From assembly GCA_964291315.2 (NCBI GenBank), contig OZ219750.1:160001-224000 (forward strand): a stretch of 64,000 nt of DNA, written 5' to 3'. The notes below the pieces were generated by a model, which was given only the letters and a program-made list of their open reading frames with translations, was not told the origin of the DNA and did no database searches. The position numbers and the translations under genes were made by a program. This document shows positions 39,301-47,135 of this stretch, one piece after another; position 1 is the stretch's first letter; each line of letters begins with the position of its first letter. The stretch is from Candidatus Poribacteria bacterium. GTDB lineage: Bacteria; Poribacteria; WGA-4E; WGA-3G.

Positions 39301-42300
39301 GCGCCGTAATCCCCTAGATCGGGGGCATAGACTATGTCCCCGGAGTGTGGGTCAAGAATGTATGCTTCGACTTCTTGCACTCCGCCAAGACGGCGTGTAG
39401 CTCTGCCTTCCATGGCTAACCCGGCAACTTCGAAATTTCCTTTGTTATCTCCCATCACAAACAAGTCTCCGCGCACTCCCATCATGCTTTTATGCTTTCT
39501 TCGGAGTGTCAGGATAGGGTAAGGTACTGGTTTATTCGGTAGTGCGGACTCGCGGGCATCAAACTCAACAACATCGCCGAAGAGATTGCAATAGAAATTT
39601 CCGACGCGCGCGGCGGTCGGCATTTCTTCATCGCGGAGTGCTTGGATGAGTAATGATGCTAGGGTTTGTGCCTGTTGGTGGAGGTTGCCGCCTTCGCGCA
39701 GATCGACTCGTTCAATGGTGTCGAGGGGTGTATCGGTTAAAACGCGTGCATCCTCAATGGTTGCGAAAGCGATGCCAGTCTTTCCGACGAGTGTTGCGAC
39801 TTCGCTGTCGAAGGCAATCTTGCCGGGAATATAGGTTTTCCACGTTTTCCCGCCACTTGCTGAGATAGCATTCACAAAGTTTGAATCCCCGCCGAGCCCC
39901 GCGATTGAAATGAGGGTTTTAATGTCGTCGATTTCGTCATCAGAGAAGGTTTCAGGGTCCTCGTGTCGGAGGCGGAGCATTGCGTCCAGTTGTTCGCGCG
40001 TCCGAATGTTGTTTTTTCGATTCTTCTTTGCAGTGCGGACATCGTTTCGAATGAAGCGTTCAACCTCTTTTCGGATATAATCCATATCCTTGAGCATGTC
40101 CTCGGAGGGTTCGCCTTGGTTACGCCACTGCTCAAACTGCATTTTCATCAAGCGGCTCACCCCACTGAGCCCGGTGAGCTTCCCGAAGTGTGAGCTGAGC
40201 AAAGTTTCAAGGGTTTTTCCTTCGAGAGCCGATTTATCGGAGATTCCGTCTGCAACAGTCCATTGGCGTTCCATAACAGCTTGTCGAATCTGGTCATCTG
40301 TCCATTGCCAGAGTTTTCGGACGCGAACCCCGAAGTCAGCATCTTCTGCGTAGGAGGCGAGTTGATTGCCGATGCTTGCAAATTCACGACGTAGGACGAA
40401 TTCAGGTTGCTGGTCATAGAACCACCCTTTATTGAAGACCCCGAACTGATTGGACTGTGAAGAGAGATCAATGCTAACATAGAGAGAGGTATAGTAGCGA
40501 TTGAAGAGGTCTTGCAGAGCGATAGCGGCTTCGATTTGTCCAAGTTTCCGATTATATTCACCTGTATCAATGCGGAGCATCTTTTCAACGCGGCTTTGGA
40601 TGTTGCGAAATCGCGCGTTTCGGAGGGTTAGCAGGTTATCTCGCAAAAGCACCTTCGTTTCTGCATCGAGGTCGGTGTCGAGTGTAGGCAACCTTTCCCT
40701 GAGATTTTCAAGTGCTACGATGTCCGATTCTGCGCGTTTTTTGGCGGTTTCTAGTAGTTCTGTTTCGATAATGTGTGATGCGATCTGAGCGCGTAAGCTA
40801 AGTATTTGCTCCACTTCACTGTCTGAGAGGTAATTTTTCAAGATAAGTTTTTCTTCGGCGAGGTGTTCTCTTCCGAGCGTTCCGGCGGTTGCGATTAAGT
40901 TCTGAATACGCGTTCGCTCCAAGCGCGCGTTTCGAAGTCCGATTTCAAATATACTCTGCTTGTCTTTGAGCAGATCTGCGATTAAGACAGCAGCATCAGA
41001 AGAGTCATTGGATTCGGTTAAGCGTTGTCGGAGTTGTGCGTCGATAGAGTTCAACCGTTCGATACCGGCTTTGGAAATAAATTTCCCGCTGTAGAGTAGG
41101 GGGCTGTTGGTGTCTTGAGACGAGGGCGTTTCCTTGAGTTTGCGAATACTCGTCTTAATCTGGTCTTCAAAAGACTGGCTATCAGGGATTTTGACTAAGA
41201 CTTTTTCGAGGAGCTGGACTTCCGCTTGAATAGAGATCTGTTGGGATTGGTCGGATTTACGTAGAATGCTCCGAGCGTTTTTAGCTTCATCAAGCCCATG
41301 TAGATCAAGGTGCCTGTCCATTATTTTTTCAGGTGTCCACATTAGGGCAAATTTGCGTTTATCCGCCATCTCCCAGTCTGCAAGTGTCTGGTTTAGCATC
41401 TCAATGTCTGGGATGAGTTCTTTTGGGAGGTCCTGCGGAACTGGGATTTTCCATTCTGATCCTTGCTTTATAGGCATTAGATATGCTTCGTTTGGATGCG
41501 TAGCATATTTATCAGCAGTATTGGTTTTTATGGCATGAGTGAGTTTTCCTATAGCCCATGTGTCAAGTCGGGCGATCGGTAGTGCGACTGTTTCGATGAG
41601 TTCACGTTGTGCTATTCGGCTTGTGTTCAGGGCAACGGCGCGAACATCGGCCAACTCCTTGACAATATCCCGTAGGAAGTGCGTTGTTTGTAGTGTTTCC
41701 TTTTTTGACCGTGCAAGGTTCGCAAGTAATATGCTTTTTTCTTCATCAGTGAACTCTTGTTTTTCGCGTTTCCGGTTTCTATCGGCTTGTTTTTTCTGGC
41801 GTTCTGAAAAGTCGCGCTGTCGGTTTGTAAGGTCTTCGATCTCGGCGCGAGTTTCTGCCAAGCCGTCTAAGGTGGTCATCAGGGATTCTAGGTCAGATTT
41901 TACTCTATGTATGCCGTGGAAGAAATCAGAGGGGAGATCAACTAAGACGCTTCGATCGATTGAGAGCAAGAGTCTTCTGCCCAATTCTTCGAATTCGATA
42001 ACGTCTGTGGAGAGGCCGCGGCGTAGCCCGTGCATGGTCGGTGTTCCGGGAGAATCTGTGTCGCTGCCAACAATATCCTGGCCAATCCCTTCCATGAATG
42101 CGCGCATGCCAGCGAGTCCTTGAAAGTGTCCGTCGACTGCGACAAAAAGCACAGAATAACCCGGCCGGTATTGGGGAAGGCTGAAGAGTCTCGCTAGTTC
42201 CATGAGGGTGGCAATACCACAAGTCGGATCTGCTCCAGGGGCCATAGCAGGTACAATGGACATAGAATCATAGTAAGCAGTGAGGACGATGAGTTCATCG

Positions 42301-43664
42301 CGTAGGTTTGGGTTGCCGCCTTCCAAAAAACCGCGTATATTCTGACCGACGCGGCGTTCCCACGTCATCTTACCTCTGACACGAGCATTTACCTGATTTC
42401 CTGTGTTATGTTCTTGTTCAAGCAGATTCTCGAGGAAAGCAGCGTCATCTTTAGAGATCCAAAATCGCGGTATATTGGCGGGAACTGTGCCGAATTTGTT
42501 CTCTGCTTCTCCACGGATGGTTGTTTCGGGTTCAATGAAGATAATAGCGGTACCCCCGAGCATTGCTGCGTTGATATAGCGGGTACTGGAGTTAAAATCG
42601 AGAAGAACGATAGCGCCCTTTGGTATGAAGATATGTGCTTCGCTGGCAGCGACAAATTCGCCGTCTTCATCGGTTTCTCCGTTATTGTTATTGTCTATAC
42701 CGTCGGTGGCATCTCCAGAGATTTCGTCTGTCCATCCATCAGCGTCATTGTCAATGCCATCTGTTGCCCATCCGCGGATCTCGGAGAGCAATGGGATTTC
42801 CCCGTATTCATCGATAGTGCCGTCTTCATCATTGTCTATGCCGTCGGATGCTTTCTGCAGGTGTTCGTTGAGCACATCATCGGTAATACTTGCTTCGGTG
42901 ATGAGGTAACGTCGAGCGAGCGATGTAAGCGTATCTCCTTCTTGGAGTTTATACCAGAATCCGCCGATATTGGTGTTGTTAAAGTCTGCGAGTTCGCCAT
43001 CATCGCCGTAAAGGAGGGGCCCAGAGAGACCGCCTGTGGGAATGAATACGCTATTTCCTTCCACAACGGGAGATGGCAGAAATCTGTTTCGTTCATCAGT
43101 GAGAATTTCTTCCTCGGGGATGTCATAACTGGCTGCGATGATTTGGAGCGTCTCGCCTTCAAGAACGGTGTGCTTAATACTATCTGCTAATAAAGAAGTT
43201 CGGACGAGATTTGGCCAGAGAGGTGTGAGTTTGAAACTGTGTAAGACAGTCCCCTCAGGCGAGATTATCTCAATGATGCTATCCCCTTGATCAACTGGAA
43301 CAGTAACAGGAAACTCACGACTTTCCACGTTTTGCAAACCGATTTCGACGAATCTGTCAAAGATGTACTTGCTGCCGCTTGCGGCCTGTGGGTAACCTGT
43401 CACGCGGCTCTCTAAACTTGACAAGCGTGCGATGTCCTTCCGGATGTTGCCGATGGACATGTCATCTCGGATCTGAATGGCTGCTGCGGTTGACATCCCG
43501 GTGCTAGGAACCGTTTGCGGATATGTCTTGGGTACACTACTAGCGAGTAGAATAGAAAGGCTTAAAAATATTAAGACGTGTCTTGCCCGCGAGGATCGCA
43601 CGGTTGAGTCTGTTATGGTACTGAAACGTCGCGAATAATATTCACTCCTATTATGGATTCTCAT
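36306..43664 (-). CDS. 2452-aa membrane protein: degenerate M28-like ectodomain with two LysM, DGIDN Ca-binding repeats and helical insert, followed by TM block and FtsX-like permease
   Basis: SRVTGYP; HTVLEGETLQIIA and YKLQEGDTLTSLA (LysM); DGIDNDxDGxxDE x3; AYYDS..PGAD..LFVAVDGH; NMRKRKGRTILT; LNTMLGAVYERVREISIYSSVGLAP. Confidence 0.8.
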   Translation of the reverse strand: MRIHNRSEYYSRRFSTITDSTVRSSRARHVLIFLSLSILLASSVPKTYPQTVPSTGMSTAAAIQIRDDMSIGNIRKDIARLSSLESRVTGYPQAASGSKYIFDRFVEIGLQNVESREFPVTVPVDQGDSIIEIISPEGTVLHSFKLTPLWPNLVRTSLLADSIKHTVLEGETLQIIAASYDIPEEEILTDERNRFLPSPVVEGNSVFIPTGGLSGPLLYGDDGELADFNNTNIGGFWYKLQEGDTLTSLARRYLITEASITDDVLNEHLQKASDGIDNDEDGTIDEYGEIPLLSEIRGWATDGIDNDADGWTDEISGDATDGIDNNNNGETDEDGEFVAASEAHIFIPKGAIVLLDFNSSTRYINAAMLGGTAIIFIEPETTIRGEAENKFGTVPANIPRFWISKDDAAFLENLLEQEHNTGNQVNARVRGKMTWERRVGQNIRGFLEGGNPNLRDELIVLTAYYDSMSIVPAMAPGADPTCGIATLMELARLFSLPQYRPGYSVLFVAVDGHFQGLAGMRAFMEGIGQDIVGSDTDSPGTPTMHGLRRGLSTDVIEFEELGRRLLLSIDRSVLVDLPSDFFHGIHRVKSDLESLMTTLDGLAETRAEIEDLTNRQRDFSERQKKQADRNRKREKQEFTDEEKSILLANLARSKKETLQTTHFLRDIVKELADVRAVALNTSRIAQRELIETVALPIARLDTWAIGKLTHAIKTNTADKYATHPNEAYLMPIKQGSEWKIPVPQDLPKELIPDIEMLNQTLADWEMADKRKFALMWTPEKIMDRHLDLHGLDEAKNARSILRKSDQSQQISIQAEVQLLEKVLVKIPDSQSFEDQIKTSIRKLKETPSSQDTNSPLLYSGKFISKAGIERLNSIDAQLRQRLTESNDSSDAAVLIADLLKDKQSIFEIGLRNARLERTRIQNLIATAGTLGREHLAEEKLILKNYLSDSEVEQILSLRAQIASHIIETELLETAKKRAESDIVALENLRERLPTLDTDLDAETKVLLRDNLLTLRNARFRNIQSRVEKMLRIDTGEYNRKLGQIEAAIALQDLFNRYYTSLYVSIDLSSQSNQFGVFNKGWFYDQQPEFVLRREFASIGNQLASYAEDADFGVRVRKLWQWTDDQIRQAVMERQWTVADGISDKSALEGKTLETLLSSHFGKLTGLSGVSRLMKMQFEQWRNQGEPSEDMLKDMDYIRKEVERFIRNDVRTAKKNRKNNIRTREQLDAMLRLRHEDPETFSDDEIDDIKTLISIAGLGGDSNFVNAISASGGKTWKTYIPGKIAFDSEVATLVGKTGIAFATIEDARVLTDTPLDTIERVDLREGGNLHQQAQTLASLLIQALRDEEMPTAARVGNFYCNLFGDVVEFDARESALPNKPVPYPILTLRRKHKSMMGVRGDLFVMGDNKGNFEVAGLAMEGRATRRLGGVQEVEAYILDPHSGDIVYAPDLGDYGAKLLPNQIPINTRRRGCRVVTFPCVSTTIYDLVDQRYLRTLRELEIYDALTDSAPEKFGMSKPWQQEGVSAAEPIALVYSEPNTRIKVGMAYGQIGKRLLLIKATKSGMKNPTLYTGEGFVVRENGRIRLTPYVVVRDMWWLDENRSQLYKRFGISSDRLDKLHQFANDYLARAETELLQNDYQQALKLARAAWGYESRAYPDVKQTGNDVVNGVMFYLALLMPFAYFMERLIFGFPNIHKQILGSFGIFLLVFFFLSQVHPAFQITTTPVIILIAFVVLALTVIVIFIIVRKFEEQLEKIRQEGSKVYKADVGRLSASAAAFSLGISNMRKRKGRTILTCCTLVILTFTVISFTSVRTFMHPNRTSLPQVTPRYTGLLIRDQYWRPLEEPVLTSVLNDLQKTQITVTAFERLLERKNERLIKDGQQPVDIAETRAALEQGGFIEQVDEEAVVIVRNSIAPRAWYQSSGTGDQSFVQLTRTANSADPAPPTHALTGEALTFAANMLVGMSEAEPEVSSINRYLQYGKWFEPADAQNWPTEWPYAIVLPKGMAELLKITESDMGKATVSVYGADFTVVGVLGIGFKDLTDNDGEELTPVDYQLMQQQRSRGATGDETLEGELQKYLHLTPDSVAILPYDVVMNQGGTLRSVAVNMEPQENDPKLLSAIDKLDLIMAPLMNRIALDFFVGRDKDTYLYSSIGMTSFSGMGNLFVPILIAALIVLNTMLGAVYERVREISIYSSVGLAPIHIAFLFFAEACVYAIVGAVLGYLMGQAIATTLVSFGWLAGLTLNYSSMSTVVATIIVMLVVLLSTMYPAFKASRMAVPDIERKWKLPEPEGDVWHFNLPFTVLEEEALGLNVFMRDYFEAHSDESASDFYTDQVAFSTIESEGEDAYQIGMMVWLAPYDLGVSQSIQFVTSPVGGEEEDLYKITLDVHRESGEIASWKRVNRRFLNLLRKQLLIWRTFSVDIRAEFHERGRTEGTDAPATEQLDPILAPAD

Positions 43665-43863
43665 GTTGTAAAGTCTCCCACCTCTCTCATATTTATTGTT
43701 TTTTATCTTTGCTGCGCAAAAAACACGTATAAAAGGCTATGTCATGTGTGAAGGCACCACTAGCATACATATCACAGAATGAAGGGCGCTTTACCTGATT
43801 TTTGGCAATTTCTTTCTGATCAGCGGCCTACTGATACCGTATTAAAAAGCGTAATAGCGATAT

Positions 43864-43891
43864 TTTATACTATTACGATAAATTTTGTCAA
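43864..43891 (-). promoter_or_regulatory. Candidate sigma70 promoter for the giant-permease operon
   Basis: Minus strand TTGACA-16 bp-TATAAA in the AT-rich divergent intergenic region. Confidence 0.45.
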
Positions 43892-44049
43892 ATTAAAATT
43901 TGCATTTAAGGCATTTTTAGATTAAAATACAATTCATGTTTTTCTCAATTAAAATGAAAGTCTCTATAAGCTTGTATATTGATCTTCTAAAATTAAAAAA
44001 ACAGCCGCAATAATACAGTGCCTCTTATAGACACATAGAAGGAGTCAAC

Positions 44050-44451
44050 GTGGACAAGGGATCGAAAGAATTAGAAAGAATTAGCAAAGTCGTCTCACGT
44101 ATAAAGTTGCGTCGTCGTGAATTAAATATGACGCAAACGGATCTTGCGAATGTAGCGAATTTAACGCCAGCTGCAATCTCACAATTTGAATCAGGAACCC
44201 GTAAACCTTCCTTTAATACGCTTTTAAGTCTTTCTGACGCTCTAAAAGTGACAACTGATTATCTACTTGGAAAGCAAGAGAGATGCTACGAGGATCTCTT
44301 AGCTGATCCGAAGATAAACATTATGCTTAGAGGTATGATGGAATTCACTGAGAAAGACAAAGAGACGCTCTATGAGTTCTATGAATTTCTCAAGACGAAA
44401 GCGGCCGCGGTAAAGGGGTCTGGAAAGGAAACATGCTCAGATTCAGAGTAA
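44050..44451 (+). CDS. XRE/Cro-type HTH transcriptional regulator
   Basis: RRRELNMTQTDLA..ISQFESGTRKPS..L.DALKVTTDYLLG; AAGGAG RBS. Confidence 0.9.
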   Translation: MDKGSKELERISKVVSRIKLRRRELNMTQTDLANVANLTPAAISQFESGTRKPSFNTLLSLSDALKVTTDYLLGKQERCYEDLLADPKINIMLRGMMEFTEKDKETLYEFYEFLKTKAAAVKGSGKETCSDSE

Positions 44452-44515
44452 TGCGTTTAGTATCCAAGAGGTTCAGCTCCATAAATTTTGAGATTTACCA
44501 AAATCGTACTATTCC

Positions 44516-45571
44516 TTACGGACACAAACAGACTTTACCAAAATTCTGGCGGTTTTCCAACAACAGATGTGCTTTACGCGCTGCATGAAGTGGTAGGGCT
44601 TGGTCTACAATAGGTTTGAGTTTTCCTTGTCCGGCGAGATGGATAAGGGTTCGGAGTTCAGCGACTGTGCCGAGAGCGGATCCCATCAGCGTTAGCTGTT
44701 TTTGATACAGTTTTCGGATGTTAATTGTTCCGATATTGCCTGTCGTGACTCCACACGAAACCAGTCTCCCATTTTTGGCAAGACTTGCGATACTCTGCTC
44801 CCATGTTGTAGCGCCGATGTGTTCTAGGACGACATCCACGCCTCGTCCGTTTGTTGCGTCAAGGACGGCTTCCGAAAAATCAGTGTTATTGTAGTTGATT
44901 GCAATGTCTGCTCCCATCTGCTGTGCGCGTTCGGTTTTTGCGTTGCTGCTTGCTGTAGCAAAAATTCTGGCCCCGGTTAATTTTGCGATTTGTAATCCTG
45001 CGCTTCCAACCCCGCCTCCGACACCGAGTATTAGGACATCGTCCTCAGGGCGAAGTTGCGCGCGAGTCATTAGCATGTGCCAGGCTGTGAGATATGCAAT
45101 TGGCATGGCAGCGGCATTAACGAACGAAAGAGCTGCTGGTATTTGAATAGCATTTTGGGCCGGGACCTTTACATATTCTGCGTATCCTCCATTTGTTTGA
45201 AAGCCGATAATTTTTTGTGTGTCACACAAGTTTGCAGCATCTTGTTGGCAGTCGCTGCAGATACCGCAGGGAATATAGGGTACGATCACAACTTGGGCCC
45301 CAACAGCGACCCCGCGGGCTGCGTCACCAATCTCAGTGATTGTTCCAGCGATGTCGGATCCGAGTATGTGTGGTGTATCTCCTCTGCGAAGTTTTGCTTT
45401 TACTTCCGGTCGGTTCCGTCGGGCGTGAAGGTCAAGGTAGTTCACGGCACAGGCCTCGACTTTAATCAAGACCTCGTGAGAGTCGGGTGCTGGCTTCGGA
45501 ACCTCTGTATAGTGAAGTACCTCAGAGCTTCCTTGTTCTGAGAAGACGACTGCTTTCATATTCATTGTCAA
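44516..45571 (-). CDS. Zinc-binding alcohol dehydrogenase / quinone oxidoreductase (MDR family)
   Basis: PHILGSD, CGICSDC..C, GGYAEY, GVGGGVG, FGKV. Confidence 0.9.
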   Translation of the reverse strand: MTMNMKAVVFSEQGSSEVLHYTEVPKPAPDSHEVLIKVEACAVNYLDLHARRNRPEVKAKLRRGDTPHILGSDIAGTITEIGDAARGVAVGAQVVIVPYIPCGICSDCQQDAANLCDTQKIIGFQTNGGYAEYVKVPAQNAIQIPAALSFVNAAAMPIAYLTAWHMLMTRAQLRPEDDVLILGVGGGVGSAGLQIAKLTGARIFATASSNAKTERAQQMGADIAINYNNTDFSEAVLDATNGRGVDVVLEHIGATTWEQSIASLAKNGRLVSCGVTTGNIGTINIRKLYQKQLTLMGSALGTVAELRTLIHLAGQGKLKPIVDQALPLHAARKAHLLLENRQNFGKVCLCP

Positions 45572-45601
45572 TAGATATAGTACTTCAATGGGTCTGAAGG
45601 T

Positions 45602-46411
45602 TTAACCGTAGGCACCGTGATTGAGGAATCCAAGTAGTCGACGGAGGCGCGGATTTGCTTCCTTGTAGACAGAATCGGGCATACTGTAGTTCATAAATGG
45701 ATAGTATTTATGCCCGACGAGTCGCCGGGCGTAGGTTACTTGTGTGATATAACGGGTGCGCTGGCTCTGGTTCGGACCTCCGCGATGCCATACCTGATTG
45801 TTGAACATGATGACGCTTCCGGCTTTTCCAAGGTTGTACTGGATCTTTTCTTCCCATGCTGTGCCTTCTATCGGATTCGGCGGCGATGCGCCAAAGAGAT
45901 GGGAACCCGGGATAACTTCTGTACCACCATGTTCAACCTCGGTAACATCAGTGATGTAGTAATTCGCTGTAAAGAGCAGCACCGGTAACCGCACGTTCTT
46001 TGGCGGTTCACCTTGCGTTACAATGTAGTGCGGTGCATCGTCTTGGTGCCATGACGTGATTCCTCCTCCGGGAAAGGTTTGGAAAGAGTTATTATGAATG
46101 ACGTGACAGTTTTCCGCCACGAGTGCTTCGGCGAAGGAAACGATAGGTTCAAGATCGAACAATCGGCGGTTAGCTTCACTGTGTTCAAACATCCGATGAC
46201 TTAGGTGCATACGTCCTGCAGAACTTCTACTGTTTAGACCGTTCGGATTGTTTTCCAACGCCCACTCTAAATCTTGGCGGAGTTGTGCGCATAAATCGGG
46301 AGGTAAGACGTTTTTCAAGAACAGACAGCCCTTTTGGTGGAAGATTTCCACCCATTCCTGGATTTGTGCTTCACTGAAAACTTGATCTGCCAAATAGGTT
46401 GTTTGTTCCAT
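45602..46411 (-). CDS. Phytanoyl-CoA dioxygenase (PhyH) family 2OG-Fe(II) oxygenase
   Basis: WHQD, GGTEVIPGSH, WHRGGPN..R. Confidence 0.88.
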   Translation of the reverse strand: MEQTTYLADQVFSEAQIQEWVEIFHQKGCLFLKNVLPPDLCAQLRQDLEWALENNPNGLNSRSSAGRMHLSHRMFEHSEANRRLFDLEPIVSFAEALVAENCHVIHNNSFQTFPGGGITSWHQDDAPHYIVTQGEPPKNVRLPVLLFTANYYITDVTEVEHGGTEVIPGSHLFGASPPNPIEGTAWEEKIQYNLGKAGSVIMFNNQVWHRGGPNQSQRTRYITQVTYARRLVGHKYYPFMNYSMPDSVYKEANPRLRRLLGFLNHGAYG

Positions 46412-46527
46412 TTTGCCCCTCTGCTATTTTTAAATTGTGTGGTTAAGGATAAAAGGCTCTGGTAGGCGCGATTGCAAACCGCGCCTTTTTACTGTGCACT
46501 TTTAGTCTACCTACAGCCGTGATTTTA

Positions 46528-46866
46528 CTAACCCATTGCAGCAGCGACAATGATGCCGAGCGAAATGAGGACTCCGGCAACGGCGATACCGGCAGCGGTG
46601 TTGTTCTCTTCAGCGATCTGACGGTTGAGATCATAGGGGGTCGCGATATCGAAAACTTTGTAACCCACCATCAGAACTATTAAACCAACGATACTAAAAA
46701 CAACACCTTCAATAATAAACCCTCCCAGGACTTTGAAGTTTATCATAGGGGCCTCTGCGGATGTAGCCGCGTCTACTTGAGCACTCGCGTTATGTGAAAA
46801 CAAAACGAAAGCAACCATTGCTACGTTAGCCAGAATGAATGTCGTAAATACAATTTTTTTAGCCAT
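46528..46866 (-). CDS. DUF350 family small membrane protein
   Basis: FDIATPYDLNRQIAEENNTAAGI..GIIVAAA; GGAGG RBS. Confidence 0.8.
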   Translation of the reverse strand: MAKKIVFTTFILANVAMVAFVLFSHNASAQVDAATSAEAPMINFKVLGGFIIEGVVFSIVGLIVLMVGYKVFDIATPYDLNRQIAEENNTAAGIAVAGVLISLGIIVAAAMG

Positions 46867-47135
46867 TTTGTACAGCCTCCTTATTCATAGCTGTCAGAAG
46901 TTAGTAGTCGGTGTCAGTTAATAATTTTTAACAACTCACACTTCTTGAGAGTGCTTCGAGTTTATGAGAATTGTTGTAAACAGACTTTTGACCGATAGCT
47001 GACGACTAATACCTATGGAACTTACGTATAAATTAAAACGAGATACCTGTCTTTATTGAACAGAAACACTTATCACATTAGGACAGGTGCGTTAACAAAC
47101 TTTACCTACTAGTCTTTTAGGGTGCAAGCCGTATA

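Noticed and set aside
42408-43190. 260-aa plus-strand ORF and many similar short ORFs opposite long genes
   Set aside because: Antisense shadows of well-supported CDS with no motifs of their own
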